Below are positions 30,682-41,156 of a DNA stretch of 64,000 nt, piece after piece; position 1 is the first letter of the stretch; each line of letters begins with the position of its first letter. A model generated the notes under the pieces. The model was given only the letters and a program-made list of their open reading frames with translations. It was not told the DNA's origin and did not search any database. Source of the DNA: Bacteroidota bacterium. GTDB taxonomy: Bacteria; Bacteroidota; Bacteroidia; Chitinophagales; Chitinophagaceae. Location: positions 11,766 to 75,765 of the forward strand of contig JBDLUU010000081.1 of the NCBI GenBank assembly GCA_039805185.1. The letters run 5' to 3'. A program made the translations under genes and the position numbers.

Positions 30682-30691
30682 AATAGAACCT

Positions 30692-31897
30692 ATGGTACCA
30701 GCCATCAGAAAAAAGTTCAATGAACAATTCAGCAATGAAAAGTACCAGCTGTTTCTGGAAACATTAAATGAAAAGTTTCCTGGGGCCATTAAGTTCCGGG
30801 TTGCCGAAACACCTTTATTTATCAACAGGGAATTAAAACATAAAATACTTTCTGCCTGCGAGTCTATTGTTGATATTATTATTGATCCTGATTTTAAAGC
30901 AAAAAGCCAGAGAGCAATTCCAGAAAACCTGCTCGTACCCAACGAAAATGCGCATACCCATTTTATCGCTTTCGATTTTGGGATTTGTGAAAATGAAAAA
31001 GGAGAAATAGAACCTCAGCTAATTGAAATGCAGGGATTCCCTACCTTGTTTGGTTACCAGGTATGGCACGATCAGGTGATGCGTAAGTCTTACGAGATAC
31101 CTGAAAACTACAGCACTTATTTTAATCAATTGAATGCGGACACTTATACAAAAATGCTCAAAGAAATCATCATAGGTATTTGTAACCCGGAAGAGGTGGT
31201 TTTGTTGGAGATTCTTCCCCATGAGCAGAAAACAAAAATTGATTTCTATTTCACAGAAGCCTTAACAGGCCTATCCGTTGTTTGTCTTACAGAATTAATC
31301 AAGGAAGGCAATCAGTTGTATTATCTGAAAAACGACAAAAAAATCCGGATCAAAAGAATCTATAACCGCATCATATTTGATGATCTGCAGCAACAGGATC
31401 CTTCCATTCAAGAGAAGGGAAAGATATTGTTTGAGGAATTGGATGTGGAATGGATTCCGCACCCCAACTGGTTTTATAGAATCAGTAAATATACATTGCC
31501 ATTTATTCATCATCCCTATGTACCCCAAACCTGGTTTCTAAATGAGGTAAAAAAGGTTCCGCATGACCTGGAAAATTATGTTTTAAAACCCTTGTTTTCT
31601 TTTGCCGGACAAGGTGTGGTGATTGATGTAACACCGGAAGACATTGCTTCCGTAAAAGATCCGGAAAACTGGATTTTACAAAGAAAGGTCAATTACGCTG
31701 CGCTGATTGAGACGCCGAATGAACCGGCAAAAGCTGAAATCAGAATATTTTATTTCTGGAAAGAAGGAGAAAAACGCCCCATTGCCACCAATAATCTGGC
31801 CAGATTAAGCAAGGGTAAAATGATTGGGGTCAGATACAATCAGGACAAGGATTGGGTAGGCGGAAGCCTTGCTTATTTTGAGGAAGACAAGAACTAA
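30692..31897 (+). CDS. ATP-grasp amide/peptide ligase of unknown product (glutathione-synthase-like / circularly permuted type)
   Basis: AFDF...LIEMQGFP, IYNRIIFD, VLKPLFSFAGQGV, ILQRKV. Confidence 0.65.
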   Translation: MVPAIRKKFNEQFSNEKYQLFLETLNEKFPGAIKFRVAETPLFINRELKHKILSACESIVDIIIDPDFKAKSQRAIPENLLVPNENAHTHFIAFDFGICENEKGEIEPQLIEMQGFPTLFGYQVWHDQVMRKSYEIPENYSTYFNQLNADTYTKMLKEIIIGICNPEEVVLLEILPHEQKTKIDFYFTEALTGLSVVCLTELIKEGNQLYYLKNDKKIRIKRIYNRIIFDDLQQQDPSIQEKGKILFEELDVEWIPHPNWFYRISKYTLPFIHHPYVPQTWFLNEVKKVPHDLENYVLKPLFSFAGQGVVIDVTPEDIASVKDPENWILQRKVNYAALIETPNEPAKAEIRIFYFWKEGEKRPIATNNLARLSKGKMIGVRYNQDKDWVGGSLAYFEEDKN

Positions 31898-31904
31898 TGT
31901 AGAA

Positions 31905-32519
31905 ATGGAAAAGCCTTTATCAGAACATACCAGAAATATACTAGGATTACAATTACCCACAGATCCAAGATGGGTAAACCTGGCAGAAATTTCAATTGAA
32001 GCCATACTAACCGATCATGCTTACTGCGAACAGAAAGCTGCTTTAACCTGTATTTCCTACATACAACGTTACTCTGATAAAATAGAACTAGTAGAAGCCC
32101 TATCCCCAATTGTTACAGAAGAATGGGGCCATTTCAGAGCAGTGCTGGCCGAAATTAACAAACGCGGATTAACATTGGGAAAGCAACGAAAAGATGAGTA
32201 CGTTAATCAGTTATTGATTTTCCAGAAAAAAGGAGGTCATATTGAAGACAGACTCTTAGACCAGCTACTAACCATGGCTTTAATTGAAGCCAGAAGCTGT
32301 GAACGTTTTAAACGCCTGAGTGAAGGACTAGAAGATGCTTATATGCGTAAGTTCTACCGAAAATTCATGGAAAGTGAAGCAGGGCATTATACACTTTTTA
32401 TTAAGCTGGCAGAATTATATATACCCAAAACCAAAGTAAGAGCAAGATGGAAAGAGTGGCTGGCTCATGAAATTGAAATTATGAAACACCTTGAAATCAG
32501 AGGAGATCGGATACACTAA
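31905..32519 (+). CDS. miaE: tRNA-(ms2io6A) hydroxylase
   Basis: DHAYCEQKAA, EEWGHF, EARSCERF, ESEAGHY di-iron ferritin-like motifs; ATG 31905. Confidence 0.9.
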   Translation: MEKPLSEHTRNILGLQLPTDPRWVNLAEISIEAILTDHAYCEQKAALTCISYIQRYSDKIELVEALSPIVTEEWGHFRAVLAEINKRGLTLGKQRKDEYVNQLLIFQKKGGHIEDRLLDQLLTMALIEARSCERFKRLSEGLEDAYMRKFYRKFMESEAGHYTLFIKLAELYIPKTKVRARWKEWLAHEIEIMKHLEIRGDRIH

Positions 32520-32553
32520 ATTCCTATTCTTTTTTCTGAAAGTCTACCCAAAT

Positions 32554-32585
32554 AAAAAACTCCCGATTTACATCGGGAGTTTTTT
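32554..32585. terminator. Bidirectional intrinsic terminator between miaE and ompA
   Basis: AAAAAACTCCCGAT-ttac-ATCGGGAGTTTTTT, 14-bp inverted repeat with A/T tails. Confidence 0.85.
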
Positions 32586-32608
32586 TATTGAAACAGGATG
32601 ATAAAAAA

Positions 32609-33961
32609 TTACTCCTGAACTTTAAAGTCTACTCTTCTGTTCATTGCCTTACCCTTAGCAGTTTTGTTATCTGCAATTGGCTGGTTGCTTCCGAATCCTT
32701 CAGCAGTTAGTCTTGAAGCATCAATTTTTTGTGCTACAAGATATGCTTTAACTGCATTGGCACGCTTCAATGAAAGAGGCTGGTTAATCTTATCGCTACC
32801 AGTTGCATCGGTATGACCTTCAACCATCAATTTCAAAGTTGGATTTTCATTCAAGGCTTTTACAACTTTGTTCAATTCAATCTTAGAGGCTTTGGTTAAC
32901 ACTGCAGATCCAGATAAGAATTGTACTTTCTTGTTATCGAAATTGTAAGTAGCTTTTAATTCAGGACAACCGTTGTTTTCACGGGTACCTTTGATAGAAG
33001 GACACTTGTCTTCTTCATCGTTTACACCATCACCATCTGTATCCGGAATTGGACAACCCTGGTAACGTGCTAATCCTGGAACAGTAGGACACTTATCTTC
33101 TTCATCGTTTACACCATCTTTATCAGTATCAGGAACAGGACATCCATTGTATTTAGCTACACCTGCAACAGTAGGACACTTATCGTTCTCATCATTGATA
33201 CCATCCTTATCAGTATCAGGAACAGGACATCCGTTGTATTTAGCTACACCTGCAACAGTAGGACACTTATCGTTCTCATCATTGATACCATCCTTATCGG
33301 TATCAACAGGAGTGGGAGCAGGAGCTGGTGGTGGAGGTGGAGTTACTTTAACAGGAGCTGGCTTTTCACCTCCAATTGGAGAAGCAACACCAAAAGAGTA
33401 AGCCATATGATTAACGGCAAGGCTAGAGATACCTGGACGATACAATAATTGTGTATTCAGGAAGGTTTCATTACCTAAATTCACCTGTAATCCTAATCCG
33501 GTATTACCCTGAGCAGCAAAATAAGTTCCGTTATACATAGAAGCACCCACACCAAAAGTCATATAAGGCACTAATGTATATTTATCAGAAAACATTTTCA
33601 CGTTCACGTTTGCATCTGCTTCAAGTAAGAACAAAGATCTTACTGATTGAGGCACACCCGTTTTAAAATAGAAAGGGTACTTTGAGAAAGAGCCATACAA
33701 TCCAGCCATAAAATCAACGTGCTCAGTGATACCCTGAAGATACTGCACATTCAAGCCCATTGACATTTCCTTAAGAGGAGTAAAACCTCCGCTTTGCATT
33801 ACTCTTGAAAGTGAGGTTCTGCTAATTTTATCAGCGGTATACATATCATTCAAGAAAACACCTACTCCAAGGCTAGGTCTTTTCTTATAGCTAACAGGTG
33901 TTTGAGCAAAAGAAACAGTTGCCAAACCAACAGCTATCAAAGAAAATAGAAATTTCTTCAT
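32609..33961 (-). CDS. OmpA family protein with four thrombospondin type-3 (DxDxDG) repeats
   Basis: N-terminal barrel-like region, Pro-rich linker, DTDKDGIND..DKCP x4, C-terminal EGHTD...RANAV...NRRVDF. Confidence 0.92.
   Translation of the reverse strand: MKKFLFSLIAVGLATVSFAQTPVSYKKRPSLGVGVFLNDMYTADKISRTSLSRVMQSGGFTPLKEMSMGLNVQYLQGITEHVDFMAGLYGSFSKYPFYFKTGVPQSVRSLFLLEADANVNVKMFSDKYTLVPYMTFGVGASMYNGTYFAAQGNTGLGLQVNLGNETFLNTQLLYRPGISSLAVNHMAYSFGVASPIGGEKPAPVKVTPPPPPAPAPTPVDTDKDGINDENDKCPTVAGVAKYNGCPVPDTDKDGINDENDKCPTVAGVAKYNGCPVPDTDKDGVNDEEDKCPTVPGLARYQGCPIPDTDGDGVNDEEDKCPSIKGTRENNGCPELKATYNFDNKKVQFLSGSAVLTKASKIELNKVVKALNENPTLKLMVEGHTDATGSDKINQPLSLKRANAVKAYLVAQKIDASRLTAEGFGSNQPIADNKTAKGKAMNRRVDFKVQE
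33121..33294. repeat. Two tandem 87-bp copies (86/87 identical) inside the TSP3 region
   Basis: 33121-33207 and 33208-33294 differ by one synonymous base. Confidence 0.95.
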
Positions 33962-34035
33962 AAACAGGTTTTTGTTAATTTATCGCAAAAATACAAGCAG
34001 AAATTGGTTTTCTAAAATTAAGATTCGTTTATCTT

Positions 34036-34518
34036 TTAATTTTTTTTTGGTGAAGGAGGCTCTACCACTTCAAGCTTTACTTTAATGATACCTTGGTTCA
34101 AAAATTGCAATTTTTGAGCGGCAATGCGGGAAACATCTATAACCCTACCCTTTTTTTTCATTCTTGGGTGCATTTTATCATTAATTCGCACAACTACCCA
34201 TTTGTTATTGTGTAAATTGGTCACTTTAACCCAGGTGCCCAAAGGGAGATTATTACTGGCGCCTGTAAAGGCTTTGCTGCTGAATTTTTCGCCCGATGCT
34301 GTTTTCATTCCATCAAAGCGGGTACTATAATAACTAGCCTTCCCTGTAACCGTTTTACCCGTATAACCCAAACTGGCATTAGCTTTCAGAGTACTTTCTA
34401 CCACCCAAAGCAAACTGTCTGGTATAGGGGGATTATACAGAACGCTGTCCTGTTCGGTTTGTGCATTCAGGGATCCCTGGAATCCAAAAGTGAACAATAA
34501 AAGAAATAATTGACGCAT
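34036..34518 (-). CDS. rlpA: Septal ring lytic transglycosylase RlpA family
   Basis: GKASYY, TASGE, LPLGTWVKVTN, VRINDK, RVIDVSRIAA. Confidence 0.88.
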   Translation of the reverse strand: MRQLFLLLFTFGFQGSLNAQTEQDSVLYNPPIPDSLLWVVESTLKANASLGYTGKTVTGKASYYSTRFDGMKTASGEKFSSKAFTGASNNLPLGTWVKVTNLHNNKWVVVRINDKMHPRMKKKGRVIDVSRIAAQKLQFLNQGIIKVKLEVVEPPSPKKN

Positions 34519-34680
34519 TTATTGGTTTTTGATGAGGAATTGCGCAGCGATAAGGTAAGGAATTTTACCAAATGCAGCTTTTTACGCCAGTATTGCCAAA
34601 TAATGTGCCGAAGAAGTATTCAAATAAAAATAATCAATAATATTTTAAAAATAGGATTGATTATCAGTTATTTATAAAAA

Positions 34681-34986
34681 TTATATAAGAGTAACTGCAA
34701 CCACTGCATCCAGATTCAGTTGCCCGTGAATATGGGGGAACAATTCGTTAATAGATCCGGCTAGTTCAAATATTAGGGGTCTTTCTACTTTGTCTTTCTG
34801 GATGATTAATTTAACCAGTCCCGTTCTTCCTTGATAATAGCGGGACAACACTCCCGGAACCTGATCTTCCGTGCTGCAATGCATAAATCCTTCGGAAGCA
34901 AGTGTATCTGCTTCATAAAATCCTTTGCGTTGAGCCTCTTCCCATTGTGTCTGGGTAGTAATATGATAAATAAATTCTCCGTTCAT
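34681..34986 (-). CDS. DUF952 domain protein
   Basis: IYHIT..QW, EGFMHCS, ELFPHIHGQLN; ATG overlaps aroC TGA. Confidence 0.88.
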   Translation of the reverse strand: MNGEFIYHITTQTQWEEAQRKGFYEADTLASEGFMHCSTEDQVPGVLSRYYQGRTGLVKLIIQKDKVERPLIFELAGSINELFPHIHGQLNLDAVVAVTLI

Positions 34987-35984
34987 CAGATTGTTCTTTT
35001 CATTTTTTGTTCTAATAGCATCAAATCTGTCAGCACCATGGCCGTAACGGCTTCCAATACAACCGGTACCCTTAGCGCAATGCATAAATCGTGCCTTCCT
35101 TTTATAGAAAAGGCCTCTATTTCATTTGTTTCCCAATTTAAAGAAAATTGTTCTTTGGGTGTGGAAGAGGTTGGTTTTATGGCAATCCGGAAATATAAAT
35201 CATTCCCATTGGTAATACCTCCAACTACCCCACCGGCATGATTCGTTTTTGTTTTTCCTGAAACATCTTGAATAGCATCATTGTGTTCGGTACCAAACAT
35301 GGCAGCGGCGGCAAAACCTACACCAAACTCGATTCCCTTTACAGCAGGAATGGCAAATACAGCATGGCTGATTAAAGACTCAACTGAGTCAAAGAAATGC
35401 TCTCCCAATCCAATCGGCAATCCGGTAGTTCGGCAACCAATAATCCCCCCGACACTATCTTTTGCATCAATTGCCTTTTGTAAACCGGCATCTATATCAG
35501 AAACACCAGCAATGCTTTCAATATGGGCGGTTACCTGTATTCCATGATGAGCCAATAGTTTTTTAGCAATTACCCCTGCAGCTACAAGACAAACCGTTAA
35601 GCGACCACTGAAATGGCCTCCTCCCCTGAAATCTTCGTTTCCGCCGTATTTATGATGCCCTGTAAAATCTGCATGTCCCGGCCGGGGAACAGCGCGGTAT
35701 TTATCATAGTCCTGACTCTTGGTATTATTGTTTTCAAAAAAAATAGCAATAGGCGCACCCGTTGTTTTTCCATTGAAAATACCAGACTTAAATATGGGAA
35801 GATCGTCTTCTTTACGGGGAGTTGTCCCCTTCTGAATGCCACCTTTTCTACGTTCGGTATCCACTAAAAAGTCTTCCACCGACAAGGCTAAACCTGCTGG
35901 GCATCCATCTAAAACCAGTCCTACAGAAGCCCCATGGGACTCCCCAAAAATCTGCATTGTAAAGATTCGGCCAAAAGCGTTCAC
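34986..35984 (-). CDS. aroC: Chorismate synthase
   Basis: FGESHG, PRPGHAD, GGGHFSGR, IKPTSS, GRHD.C. Confidence 0.96.
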   Translation of the reverse strand: MNAFGRIFTMQIFGESHGASVGLVLDGCPAGLALSVEDFLVDTERRKGGIQKGTTPRKEDDLPIFKSGIFNGKTTGAPIAIFFENNNTKSQDYDKYRAVPRPGHADFTGHHKYGGNEDFRGGGHFSGRLTVCLVAAGVIAKKLLAHHGIQVTAHIESIAGVSDIDAGLQKAIDAKDSVGGIIGCRTTGLPIGLGEHFFDSVESLISHAVFAIPAVKGIEFGVGFAAAAMFGTEHNDAIQDVSGKTKTNHAGGVVGGITNGNDLYFRIAIKPTSSTPKEQFSLNWETNEIEAFSIKGRHDLCIALRVPVVLEAVTAMVLTDLMLLEQKMKRTI

Positions 35985-36004
35985 AATTCTATTTATTTAA
36001 AACT

Positions 36005-37303
36005 TTAGTGATCGGTTACATTTAAATCTACGCCTAATTGTTGCAAGTGCACAAAAAAATCAGGGTAAGATTTGTTGATGGCATCAGCCGCTTCAATTTC
36101 AACAGGATCAGCTGCCTGCAAAGCTGCAACAGCTGTTGCCATGGCTATGCGGTGGTCGTGATGAGAGTGAACGGTTGCGGCAGATAATGGAAGTAACTCA
36201 CTTCCATCCCTCATTCCCTTTACAATCATTAAATCGTCCTGCAGTTGAACCGATACGCCCAACTTGGCAAATTCCGACTGTAAACTCATTGCCCTGTTGC
36301 TTTCTTTGTGCTGAAGTCTACCCACGCCTTCAATTACGGTTGTGCCTTCACAGTAGGCACCCAAAGCAACCAATGGGGGAAATAAATCAGGACAATCCGT
36401 TGCATCAAAATGAAATGCCTTCAAAGGAAGCGGCCTGACTTCAATCTGGTGTTCCTGTATAGATAGCCCGGCACCCGCATCGGAAAGCGCCTGCAAAATT
36501 TTTTTATCGGCCTGAGTAGAAAAAACATTGAGACCCTTCACAGTTATCCCACCTGCTATGGCACCGGCAACCAGCAAAAAAGCAGCTCCGCTCCAATCGC
36601 CTTCAACTGTATATTGTATTTCGTTTCCTTGCTTTGAAAATCCCTTTTCGGAAAATTCAAAGCGTTGATAGTTATGGTTGATAATGCTAACGCCAAAAGC
36701 TTCCAGCACTTCCAGTGTTAAATCTATATATGGTTTGCTTTTCAAATCCACTACAGTAATGCTGATATCCTTTGGGTTTGTTGCTGCAAATGCCATTAAC
36801 AGTCCGGTTAAAAACTGGGAACTCAAGGAACCATCAATGGTAATATTGGCTGCTTGCAATGGACCTTTGATTTGCAAAGGCAGAAACCCTTCATTTGATT
36901 TTGTTTCTACGGACAGCTTGGGCATTACTTCATCAAAAAAATGCATCGGACGTTTCAATAAACTACCCGATCCATTAATGGTAAGTTCCTCTCTGCTTAG
37001 TGCAGCAATGGGTGTAAACATCCGGATACTCAATCCACTTTCTCCACAATTAATGGTATGAGATAAAGGAGCTACGCCATTAGACATTACCTGTATAGAT
37101 CCATCTTCGAGCGTACTTACTTTTGCACCCAATTTCTGAATGATATCGATTGCAGCCTGATCATCAAAACTATTTCCCGGATTTATAATCCGGGTTTTAC
37201 CAATATGCAACAAAGCAGCTGCACAGGCACGCTGCATGCAACTCTTACTTGCATTGGCCTGAATATTCCCCTGAACAGAAGATGGATGAACCCTGACAAT
37301 CAT
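36005..37303 (-). CDS. aroA: 3-phosphoshikimate 1-carboxyvinyltransferase (EPSP synthase)
   Basis: SKS, CGESGLSIR, SSQFLTG, KESNR, HHDHRIAM, KSYP. Confidence 0.96.
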   Translation of the reverse strand: MIVRVHPSSVQGNIQANASKSCMQRACAAALLHIGKTRIINPGNSFDDQAAIDIIQKLGAKVSTLEDGSIQVMSNGVAPLSHTINCGESGLSIRMFTPIAALSREELTINGSGSLLKRPMHFFDEVMPKLSVETKSNEGFLPLQIKGPLQAANITIDGSLSSQFLTGLLMAFAATNPKDISITVVDLKSKPYIDLTLEVLEAFGVSIINHNYQRFEFSEKGFSKQGNEIQYTVEGDWSGAAFLLVAGAIAGGITVKGLNVFSTQADKKILQALSDAGAGLSIQEHQIEVRPLPLKAFHFDATDCPDLFPPLVALGAYCEGTTVIEGVGRLQHKESNRAMSLQSEFAKLGVSVQLQDDLMIVKGMRDGSELLPLSAATVHSHHDHRIAMATAVAALQAADPVEIEAADAINKSYPDFFVHLQQLGVDLNVTDH

Positions 37304-37317
37304 CTTTCCCTATCGCT

Positions 37318-38346
37318 TTAAAATTGTTTAAAAATGGCTTTCAGGGCTTCAATTTGAATAGGTTGCACAACCCCCTTACCGATTTTCTCGAGTAAAATAT
37401 ACTGAATCTTATCGGCTGCCCTTTTCTTATCCTTCAACATTACTTTGAATGCTTTGTCTGCATCAAAACTGGCTACCGTAGGCAAACCATAACGTTGCAG
37501 TAATTGTATAACGCTTTCAGCGGACTTGAAGAACAGTAATTGCTGAGACATCAATGTTGCATAGGTCATCCCGATACTGATAGCTTCACCATGACTCAGT
37601 TCATACATATTTTCAATGGCGTGCCCCAATGTATGCCCAAAATTCAAAAGCTTTCTTTCTCCTGTTTCAAACTCATCTTCCTGTACCACTTTGATTTTGA
37701 TAACTGCATTGCGTTTGATTAATGCACCCAACAACAAAGGTTGCTTTTGATACTTAGCAATAGATTGCTGCGAAAGTTCCGCAAACATTTTCGCGTCCTT
37801 AATGCAGGCATGTTTAATGATTTCTGCAAACCCATTCTGCCATTCTTTTAACGGAAGTGTCTTTAAAAGACTGTAATCATAAATCAAGAAGGAGGGCTGA
37901 CGAATCAGACCCACCATATTTTTATACACCCCTACATCAATGCCATTCTTCCCGCCAATTGCCGCATCTACCATTGCCAATAATGTGCTGGGGATATATC
38001 CGACTTTTACACCTCGCATAAATATACCTGCCACAAATCCTGTTATATCAGTGATTACGCCTCCGCCAAATCCAATCAAAATGTTATGACGATTGGCTCC
38101 CATCGCAATCAATTGATCAATAATCACATCAACTGTTTGCTGAACTTTATATTCTTCTCCGGGTTTTAATACAATGGTATTATACCCTTTCAGTTTGCGC
38201 TGATGGGCTTTTAAAATATTTTCATCTGTTATGATAACTGCTTCTTCTCTGGATACAATTTTTTCCAGCACATCAAAAGATGCATCAAAATAAAAGTCGG
38301 TTTGACCACCAGAAAATAGAATACGCTTTTTCTGCATACTAAGCAT
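37318..38346 (-). CDS. aroB: 3-dehydroquinate synthase
   Basis: GGGVITDITGF, DAAIGGKNG, LNFGHTLGHAIE, HGEAISIG. Confidence 0.96.
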   Translation of the reverse strand: MLSMQKKRILFSGGQTDFYFDASFDVLEKIVSREEAVIITDENILKAHQRKLKGYNTIVLKPGEEYKVQQTVDVIIDQLIAMGANRHNILIGFGGGVITDITGFVAGIFMRGVKVGYIPSTLLAMVDAAIGGKNGIDVGVYKNMVGLIRQPSFLIYDYSLLKTLPLKEWQNGFAEIIKHACIKDAKMFAELSQQSIAKYQKQPLLLGALIKRNAVIKIKVVQEDEFETGERKLLNFGHTLGHAIENMYELSHGEAISIGMTYATLMSQQLLFFKSAESVIQLLQRYGLPTVASFDADKAFKVMLKDKKRAADKIQYILLEKIGKGVVQPIQIEALKAIFKQF

Positions 38347-39424
38347 TCATGATTTTATTCTGGTGATTGATACTTTCCATATGCACTGCATCAAAGTACT
38401 TGGTAATAAATTCCTGACTCAGCCCCAATTGCGCCCCTTTCACAAATGCTCTTTCTAAAATGGCATTCCAGCGATTGGTCTGTAAAATAGTAATATTATT
38501 ATCCTTCTTATACTGGCCAATTTTATCGGCAACTTTCATTCTTTGTCCCAACAGCTGTAACAATTCATCATCCAGCTGATTAATCTGAGCTCTCATCTTA
38601 TCCATCTGCACATGCAGTTCTTCAGAAATGATGTCTTCTTTTCTCCAGATCATCTGATCAATCATCTGACTCAATACTTCAGGAGTTATCTGCTGCTTTG
38701 CATCGCTCCAGGCGTTATCCGGATCAATATGACTTTCCACAATCAAACCGTCAAAATCAAGGTCAATGGCTTTTTGCGCCACTTCCTGTAAAATATCACG
38801 ACGACCGCAAATATGAGAAGGGTCATTAATCATTAACATTTCAGGAAAACGTCTTTTCATCTCAATGGCTAAGTGCCACATAGGTGCATTGCGGTATTCG
38901 GTATTTCCGTAAGAACTAAATCCTCTGTGAATTAAACCAATATGTTGAATGCCTGCTTTGGAAACCCGTTCTGCTGCACCAATCCACAATTCAAGATCAG
39001 GATTAATCGGATTCTTAATCAAGACCGGAACATCCACTCCTTTCAACGCATCAGCCACATCCTGCACACTGAATGGATTCACAGTTGTTCTGGCTCCAAT
39101 CCACAAAATATCAACACCAAAATGCAATGCATCTTCTACCTGCTTTCCGGTTGCTACTTCAACGGCAACAGGCAAGCCAGTCAACTCTTTTGCTTTTTGT
39201 AACCAGGGTAAACCCTTGGTTCCTACGCCTTCAAAACTACCCGGTCGGGTTCTGGGTTTCCAAATACCTGCTCTCAATATATCTACTTTACCAGTAGCTG
39301 CCAGTTTGCTGGCAGTAGCCAGCACCTGCTCTTCTGTTTCTGCACTGCAGGGTCCGGAAATGATTAAAGGGCGTTTTGCTAAAACAGTTTGAATATTGGT
39401 ATCCTGTTGTAATGTCTGTTCCAT
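38339..39424 (-). CDS. Bifunctional DAHP synthase (class I-beta) / chorismate mutase (type II)
   Basis: ISGPCSAE, KPRTRPGSFEG, WIGART, DPSHICG; C-terminal RAQINQLDDEL...RM CM domain. Confidence 0.92.
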   Translation of the reverse strand: MEQTLQQDTNIQTVLAKRPLIISGPCSAETEEQVLATASKLAATGKVDILRAGIWKPRTRPGSFEGVGTKGLPWLQKAKELTGLPVAVEVATGKQVEDALHFGVDILWIGARTTVNPFSVQDVADALKGVDVPVLIKNPINPDLELWIGAAERVSKAGIQHIGLIHRGFSSYGNTEYRNAPMWHLAIEMKRRFPEMLMINDPSHICGRRDILQEVAQKAIDLDFDGLIVESHIDPDNAWSDAKQQITPEVLSQMIDQMIWRKEDIISEELHVQMDKMRAQINQLDDELLQLLGQRMKVADKIGQYKKDNNITILQTNRWNAILERAFVKGAQLGLSQEFITKYFDAVHMESINHQNKIMNA

Positions 39425-39447
39425 AATCTTTAATCAGTTTTGAAAAT

Positions 39448-41139
39448 TTATCTTCGGCCTCCGCTATCCGCGTCATTCATACGAATACTTCTTCCTTTGT
39501 ATTTTTTACCATCGAGAGAACGAATCATTTGCTGGGCAGCAGATTTTTCAATTTCAATCCAGCTATTCATGTCTTTCATATCAATTCTGCCCAATACATC
39601 TTTTTTCAAATCACTCATATCGAGAATGAACTGAAGAAAACTGGCTTTGTAAAAACCATCCTTGGTTCCCAGATTCACAAACAAACGACTGTAACCGCCG
39701 CCGGCACGGTATTCTTTTCTGTTATCTCCCTTGCCACCGGAACGTTCTGCTTCTCTTCTTGCTGAACGATTGTTTCTGTCTGCGCCATCTCTGTTACTTG
39801 AACGATCTCTTTCACGAACGTTCAAGTCTTCAGAATTTTCATAGTACTTCAGGAAGCGATCAAATTCCATGGCTGCTACTCGCTTCAATACATCTTCCTT
39901 GCTCACTTCTGCAAACTTTTCAGCCAGCATGGGCACATAGGTTTCATAGTCGCCATGGCTGATATCTGCAGACAATAGCTTATCCATAAAAAAGAAGAAC
40001 TGCTTTCTGCAAACATCTTTTCCGGATGGAATATCCAGCTTACTGAATTTGCAATTATTGATTCTTTCAATTTGCTTTAACTTATAGGTTTCCTTTGCAT
40101 GAACAATGGAAATACAAATTCCGTTATGACCAGCCCTACCTGTTCTTCCGCTTCGGTGTGTATACACTTCTACATCATCAGGTAATTCAAAATTGATCAC
40201 ATGGGTAATTCCCTGTACATCAATACCGCGGGCAGCCACATCTGTAGCAATTAACAACTGCAGACTTTTATCTCTGAACTGTCCCATTACCTTGTCTCTC
40301 TGACCCTGTGTTAAATCGCCATGTAACGCATCAATATCGTAGCCCTCTCTGGTTAATCTTTCGGATATTTGCTGCGCATCTACTTTGGTTCGGGTAAATA
40401 TGATACCGTAAATGCCCGGATTAAAATCGATAATTCGCTTCAATGTTTCATAACGGTGATGGGCTGTAGTTACATAGTACTGGTGATCAATGCTTTTATT
40501 AGCCGTATTCACTTTGCCTACTGTTACTTCCTTTGGATCATTCATGTAACGCTTACTAACCTTTCTAATTTCAGGCGGCATGGTGGCACTGAATAACCAG
40601 GTACTGTTACGCTTGGGTGTATTCTTCAGAATAAACTCAATGTCTTCCTGAAAACCCATATTCAGCATTTCATCAGCCTCGTCTAATACTACATAGTTGA
40701 TTTGCTCAAGGTTAATGGCTTTGCGCTCAATCAGATCAATCAGTCTTCCGGGAGTAGCTACAACAATCTGTACCCCTTTTTTCAAATCACGGATTTGTAA
40801 GCCGATGGAAGCACCTCCATATACTGCTACAACCGAAACACCGGTCATATATTTCTTAAACAACTCAATTTCCTTCACGATCTGAAGACATAACTCTCTG
40901 GTAGGACATACTACCAATGCCTGTGGATATTTCGCTGCTGCGTCTATAATGTGTAACAAAGGGAGACCAAAAGCGGCCGTTTTCCCTGTGCCGGTTTGCG
41001 CCAAACCGATAAAATCAGTTGTCCCGCTTAATAAAACCGGGATCGCCTGTTCCTGAATTGCGGTTGGGTTCACATACCCCAACTCTGTGGTTGCTCGAAT
41101 CAAACGCTCGTCAATTCCCAACCCATCAAATGTAATCAT
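39448..41139 (-). CDS. DEAD-box RNA helicase with C-terminal DbpA RNA-binding domain
   Basis: AQTGTGKT, PTRELC, DEAD, SAT, HRSGRTGR; RLFVNLG DbpA domain. Confidence 0.95.
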   Translation of the reverse strand: MITFDGLGIDERLIRATTELGYVNPTAIQEQAIPVLLSGTTDFIGLAQTGTGKTAAFGLPLLHIIDAAAKYPQALVVCPTRELCLQIVKEIELFKKYMTGVSVVAVYGGASIGLQIRDLKKGVQIVVATPGRLIDLIERKAINLEQINYVVLDEADEMLNMGFQEDIEFILKNTPKRNSTWLFSATMPPEIRKVSKRYMNDPKEVTVGKVNTANKSIDHQYYVTTAHHRYETLKRIIDFNPGIYGIIFTRTKVDAQQISERLTREGYDIDALHGDLTQGQRDKVMGQFRDKSLQLLIATDVAARGIDVQGITHVINFELPDDVEVYTHRSGRTGRAGHNGICISIVHAKETYKLKQIERINNCKFSKLDIPSGKDVCRKQFFFFMDKLLSADISHGDYETYVPMLAEKFAEVSKEDVLKRVAAMEFDRFLKYYENSEDLNVRERDRSSNRDGADRNNRSARREAERSGGKGDNRKEYRAGGGYSRLFVNLGTKDGFYKASFLQFILDMSDLKKDVLGRIDMKDMNSWIEIEKSAAQQMIRSLDGKKYKGRSIRMNDADSGGRR

Positions 41140-41156
41140 GTATTCTAAAATTTGTG

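Noticed and set aside
34632-34662. AT-rich inverted repeat AATCAAT...ATTGATT upstream of rlpA
   Set aside because: Low complexity, imperfect, and no functional context beyond a possible weak terminator
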